Shown here piece after piece: positions 34,052 through 37,663 of a stretch of DNA of 37,663 bases. Position numbers and translations under genes: made by a program. The notes below the pieces were generated by a model. The model did no database searches and was not told where the DNA came from. It saw only the letters and a program-made list of their open reading frames with translations. The DNA comes from a virus. The first letter of the stretch is position 1; each line of letters starts with the position of its first letter. The DNA lies in IMG/VR virus record IMGVR_UViG_3300045988_100846, positions 1 through 37,663 of that record. One strand, 5' to 3'.

Positions 34052-36430
34052 ATGCTAACAGCAAATCAAAAATACATCGACACCGCAAACATCAAGCACC
34101 TGCTGGGTGCCGGCGAAAAGAATGCAGATAAAATCCAAATCGCCGTTGACCGATACTATCACCAAACGGATTTATCTGATTGCCTGTTTACGCTGCGAGC
34201 TGTCAACAGCGGCGGTGGGCTTGTCATGCAGGACCTCGAAAAAGAGGTCACAGAAAGCCAAATTATCTTAACATGGACGATTACAGAGGACTTTACAGCG
34301 GTGTCCGGTCAGCTACTGCCGGAAATTGTCGGCCAAAAAGATGATACTGTCGTTATAAAATACGAAATGACCCCGATGATTGTCCGCAACTCTATTTTAG
34401 AGCAGTATAATGGCGGTATTGATGCGATTGACAAAGCCCTGCGTGAGATGCAGTCCATCCTCGCACAGGCGGAACAGTTGATTGCAAAAGCTCCGATTAT
34501 CCAGAACGGCACATGGTGGTTGTACGACGCTGCAACGGGTGCTTATCAGGATTCTGGACAGCCTGCAAAGGGCGACAAGGGAGAAACGGGGGAGAAAGGC
34601 GACCCTGGAAAGCAAGGAAAGACCGGAGCGAAAGGCGAAAAAGGTGAAAAAGGTGACGCTGGAACACCCGGCAAGAACGGCGTAAACGGAAAAAACGGTG
34701 CGGACGGTTATTCTCCAACGGCAACCGTCACTGAAACAGATACCGGGGCAACAATCACAATCACTGACAAAAATGGCACAACGACAGCAACCATCAAAAA
34801 TGGAACAAGCGGAGAGACCGCCTCTTGGGGCGATTACACACCGGGATGTGAAGAGGGTGAATCAGCGAAATACTGCACCGCAAAGCTGGTAACTGTATAT
34901 GGCAAGCAAACGTGGCAGATATTGCCGTCTATCAGCACCGTATCTCACAATGCACTGGGTATTGTAACGGATGGGCTGTTTGTGCTGGATTTGTCGCCGG
35001 ATGTGGATACACTCAAAGCGTCTGCACATACGCATGACAATAAAGAAGCGTTAGACAGCATTACCAGCGATAAGATTACAACATGGGATGGTTATTCCGA
35101 GGAAATCCAGACTGTGAAAAATGGGTTAGTCGGAAAGAAAGACCAAAATTCATCATATATTACTGGCGAAATTTTTAATGAATATAAGAAAAATAAAGCC
35201 ACAGGTTATGCTTCTCATTCAGAAGGTTCCACGACTACAGCATCCGGCAATTGCTCCCATTCAGAAGGTTGCGATACTACAGCATCTGGCAGAACTTCTC
35301 ATGCAGAAGGTTATTTTACTATAGCATCCGGCGATTACTCTCATTCAGAAGGTTTCAATACTACAGCGTCTGGCATAACTTCTCATGCAGAAGGTAACGT
35401 TACTACAGCATCCGGCAATCACTCTCATTCAGAAGGTAATTATACTATAGCATCCAGTTCTTATCAGCACGTACAAGGGCAGTTCAACGTTGAAGATTCT
35501 GATTCCAAATATTCTTTTATAATTGGTAATGGCAAAGATAACAACAATCGTTCCAATGCCTTTGCAATTGACTGGAATGGAAAAATCTATATTGGCAATG
35601 ATACAGATGGCGTGGATGTTTCTGCATTGGCTATTACGATAGCTGAATTACAATCACAACTAAACCGGAAAACCATCCAATTCCGGCACGGGAAAGGAAC
35701 GCTTACCGCAACAGCAAATGGTACAAATGTTGTGTGGCAGTACGGCGGACAACAGGTGCAAGGGGGTAGCTGCACGTTTGATGTAAAATCAGACAATGGG
35801 CTGATTACGCTGGAATGTGATACCATCGAAAGCCTTACAATCAAAAATGATACTACAAACAAGATGGATTTATCAGACTTAGGCGGTAAGATTGCAAGCG
35901 TGCTCAGTCTAGAAAGCTGCCCAAACATCACAGGAGATTTGTCTGATTTAGGTGGTAAGATTGCAAGCTCGCTAAACTTAAGCAGCTGCCCAAACATCAC
36001 AGGAGATTTGTCTGATTTAGGTGGTAAGATTACAAATTGGTTAAGTTTAGACAACTGCCCAAACATCACAGGAGATTTGTCTGATTTAGGCGGTAAGATT
36101 ACAAATTGGTTAAGTTTAAAAGGCTGCCGAAACATTACAGGAGATTTATCTGATTTAGGCAGTAAGATTGCAAGCATGCTTAACTTAGGCTACTGCTCAA
36201 ATATTACAGGTGTTTACTCTGGGACAAAATACCCAAAAACATTTGCTGTATCAAAAACAGCTATCACGTCAGCCAATATGGACGCAAATTTGATAAATTT
36301 TGCAGCAAGTGGCGTCAAATCAGGCACGTTTACAGCAACCGGAATGAAAAGAACGGCTGCATCCGATAATGCTGTTGCAACATTGGTTACAAACGGTTGG
36401 ACAGTATCGGGTCTTACAAAGGAGGGATAA
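34052..36430 (+). CDS. Chimeric tail fibre / receptor-binding protein: BppU-like N-terminus, collagen-like Gly-X-Y run, adhesin-head-like 14-aa repeats, C-terminal leucine-rich repeats
   Basis: ATG 34052 has AAGGGAG upstream. About 16 X-Y-G triplets (34556..34708). SHSEGxxTTASGxx repeated about 6.5 times (35207..35478). A 23-aa repeat DLSDLGGKIxxxLxLxxCPNITG occurs five times. Confidence 0.85.
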   Translation: MLTANQKYIDTANIKHLLGAGEKNADKIQIAVDRYYHQTDLSDCLFTLRAVNSGGGLVMQDLEKEVTESQIILTWTITEDFTAVSGQLLPEIVGQKDDTVVIKYEMTPMIVRNSILEQYNGGIDAIDKALREMQSILAQAEQLIAKAPIIQNGTWWLYDAATGAYQDSGQPAKGDKGETGEKGDPGKQGKTGAKGEKGEKGDAGTPGKNGVNGKNGADGYSPTATVTETDTGATITITDKNGTTTATIKNGTSGETASWGDYTPGCEEGESAKYCTAKLVTVYGKQTWQILPSISTVSHNALGIVTDGLFVLDLSPDVDTLKASAHTHDNKEALDSITSDKITTWDGYSEEIQTVKNGLVGKKDQNSSYITGEIFNEYKKNKATGYASHSEGSTTTASGNCSHSEGCDTTASGRTSHAEGYFTIASGDYSHSEGFNTTASGITSHAEGNVTTASGNHSHSEGNYTIASSSYQHVQGQFNVEDSDSKYSFIIGNGKDNNNRSNAFAIDWNGKIYIGNDTDGVDVSALAITIAELQSQLNRKTIQFRHGKGTLTATANGTNVVWQYGGQQVQGGSCTFDVKSDNGLITLECDTIESLTIKNDTTNKMDLSDLGGKIASVLSLESCPNITGDLSDLGGKIASSLNLSSCPNITGDLSDLGGKITNWLSLDNCPNITGDLSDLGGKITNWLSLKGCRNITGDLSDLGSKIASMLNLGYCSNITGVYSGTKYPKTFAVSKTAITSANMDANLINFAASGVKSGTFTATGMKRTAASDNAVATLVTNGWTVSGLTKEG
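35867..36211 (+). repeat. Five in-frame tandem 69-bp repeats encoding the leucine-rich repeat units
   Basis: Units start at 35867, 35936, 36005, 36074 and 36143. The framework DNA is near-identical, with a variable patch in the middle of each unit. Confidence 0.9.
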
Positions 36431-36432
36431 AT

Positions 36433-36618
36433 ATGTACATAAAATATGCGGATTATCAGCCTAACATGAAACTTGGCGATGATGATAGCGTTTTGATGTC
36501 GTTGCAGGAGTTTTTAGATGGCGGCAAAGATTTGGAGGACGTGCCGGTTACGATTACGCCGGACGGAGAACCACCTGCGGAAAGCACAGAAGACATATGC
36601 GAGGGGGAATTTGAATGA
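36433..36618 (+). CDS. Hypothetical acidic protein, 61 aa
   Basis: ATG 36433 has AAGGAGGG upstream. Confidence 0.65.
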   Translation: MYIKYADYQPNMKLGDDDSVLMSLQEFLDGGKDLEDVPVTITPDGEPPAESTEDICEGEFE

Positions 36619-37031
36619 AAGAATGGATTTGTGCAGCAGCCGGAACGGTCGGCGGTCTGATTGCCGGGCTGTTTGGCGGCTGGGATGCAGCAATTAGAGC
36701 CTTACTGATTTTTATGGCGATTGATTACCTGATGGGGTTAGCTTGTGCAGGGATTTTCAAAAAGTCCCCGAAAACAGAATCAGGCGGCTTACAATCTAAA
36801 GTCGGCTGGAAAGGTTTGTGCCGTAAGGTTGCAACGCTTGCACTTGTTGTGGTTGCCGTGCAGGTGGACGCTGTCCTGCATACGTCATATGTAAGAGATG
36901 GCGTATGCATTGCATTTATGGTAAATGAATTGATTTCAATGGTCGAAAACGTGGGTTTGATGGGTGTGCAGTTCCCTGAACCGCTCCGAAAAGCAATTGA
37001 TTTGCTGCAAAAAAAAGAGGAAAAGAAATGA
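36615..37031 (+). CDS. Holin (phage_holin_4_1 / TcdE-like family)
   Basis: Multiple transmembrane segments. The pattern WDAAIRALLIFMAIDYLMG...NELISMVENVGLMG is typical of this holin family. Confidence 0.85.
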   Translation: MKEWICAAAGTVGGLIAGLFGGWDAAIRALLIFMAIDYLMGLACAGIFKKSPKTESGGLQSKVGWKGLCRKVATLALVVVAVQVDAVLHTSYVRDGVCIAFMVNELISMVENVGLMGVQFPEPLRKAIDLLQKKEEKK

Positions 37032-37663
37032 AAAGCAAAACATACGAAGAGTTTGTAGAAAAATTCAAGCCAAAAAAAACAACAGACGATTGCTATACGC
37101 CGCCTGTTGTTTATGATGCTGTTGCAGGTTGGGTTGCAAGTGAGTACGGGGTTAATCGGGACAATTTCGTTCGCCCTTTTTACCCCGGCGGCGATTATGA
37201 AAACTATGACTACGGCAAAACTGCGATAGTTGTGGACAATCCACCATTTAGCATATTGTCAAAAATTGTAGATTTTTACATTTCAAAAAATGTTCCGTTT
37301 TTCTTGTTTGCTCCCAATTTAACCCTTTTTAATTGTCTCAGAAACAGGGAATGCACAGCGTTGGTTACGGATGTAAATATTATTTATGATAATGGTGCTA
37401 ATGTAAAAACGTCATTTTTGACCAATTTAGAGCCGCAAAATTTGCGAATCAGAACCGCTCCGGGATTGTATCAGGTTGTAAAAAAAGCGACCGAAACGAT
37501 ACGGAAAGAGGTAAAAAAGCAACTGCCAAAATACACATACCCAAATTATATTGTACAAGCTGCACGGATTAACGCTTACTCAAAATACGGGATTGAGTTT
37601 AAAGTTCCAAAATCAGAATCTTTCTTTGTCTCGCAGCTTGATACCCAAAAAGAAAAAAAAAAG
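37028..37663 (+). CDS. DNA methyltransferase, N-terminal part (probable N6-adenine type; continues at 1..251)
   Basis: ATGA overlap with the holin stop. TDDCYTPP near the N-terminus and VVDNPPFS (an NPPF/DPPY-type catalytic motif IV). Confidence 0.75.
   Translation, partial: MKSKTYEEFVEKFKPKKTTDDCYTPPVVYDAVAGWVASEYGVNRDNFVRPFYPGGDYENYDYGKTAIVVDNPPFSILSKIVDFYISKNVPFFLFAPNLTLFNCLRNRECTALVTDVNIIYDNGANVKTSFLTNLEPQNLRIRTAPGLYQVVKKATETIRKEVKKQLPKYTYPNYIVQAARINAYSKYGIEFKVPKSESFFVSQLDTQKEKKK
37545..37663. repeat. Terminal direct repeat, exact copy of 1..119
   Basis: See the first feature. Confidence 0.95.

Noticed and set aside
35587-36177. 196-aa minus-strand repeat protein (ILPPKSDKSPVMFGQL repeats)
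   Set aside because: It is the antisense shadow of the in-frame 69-bp repeats of the plus-strand fibre gene. It has no ribosome binding site, and the plus-strand frame is continuous with a clear structural protein.
34052-36430. Diversity-generating retroelement acting on the repeat-rich tail fibre
   Set aside because: No reverse transcriptase ORF exists anywhere in the genome. No template/variable repeat pair with adenine-specific differences was seen. The repeats are in-frame tandem units.

Overview
The window is one complete phage genome. Bases 1..119 exactly repeat 37545..37663, so the unique sequence is 37,544 bp and is circular or circularly permuted. A DNA methyltransferase gene reads across the junction. 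Gene content is that of a temperate siphovirus-like phage. AGGAGG-type ribosome binding sites and TTGACA-N17-TATAAT promoters suggest a Gram-positive host (Firmicutes/Clostridia style).

Module order:
- a minus-strand accessory pair (311..1799)
- a two-domain endolysin (1999..3246)
- a plasmid-type replicon with repeats, 22-bp iterons and a Rep_3/RepB-like initiator (3285..4578)
- a promoter-to-terminator small RNA candidate (4633..4738)
- a zinc-ribbon membrane protein and a cI-type repressor on the minus strand (4737..5919)
- a divergent genetic switch (5949..6097)
- a roughly 470-nt ORF-poor, hairpin-dense region (6412..6880)
- a long plus-strand early operon: Gp157, Sak4-like ATPase, DUF669, primase-helicase, SF2 helicase, VRR-NUC, two MazG-like genes, Lar and many small Cys-rich proteins
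- a sigma-like late regulator
- terminase, portal, MuF, a DUF2829 gene, scaffold, capsid, tail genes, tape measure, Dit, Tal and a chimeric fibre
- holin and methyltransferase

No integrase, recombinase or excisionase is visible, so I infer a phage-plasmid lifestyle.

Most interesting:
- the RepB/iteron replicon in an integrase-less temperate phage
- the large structured non-coding region
- the small-RNA and attenuator candidates next to lysogeny-side genes
- the late promoter followed directly by a terminator
- recombination scars that bracket accessory cassettes
- a tail fibre with collagen-like, adhesin-head-like and leucine-rich repeats

All family assignments come from reading motifs by eye. 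No searches were run.
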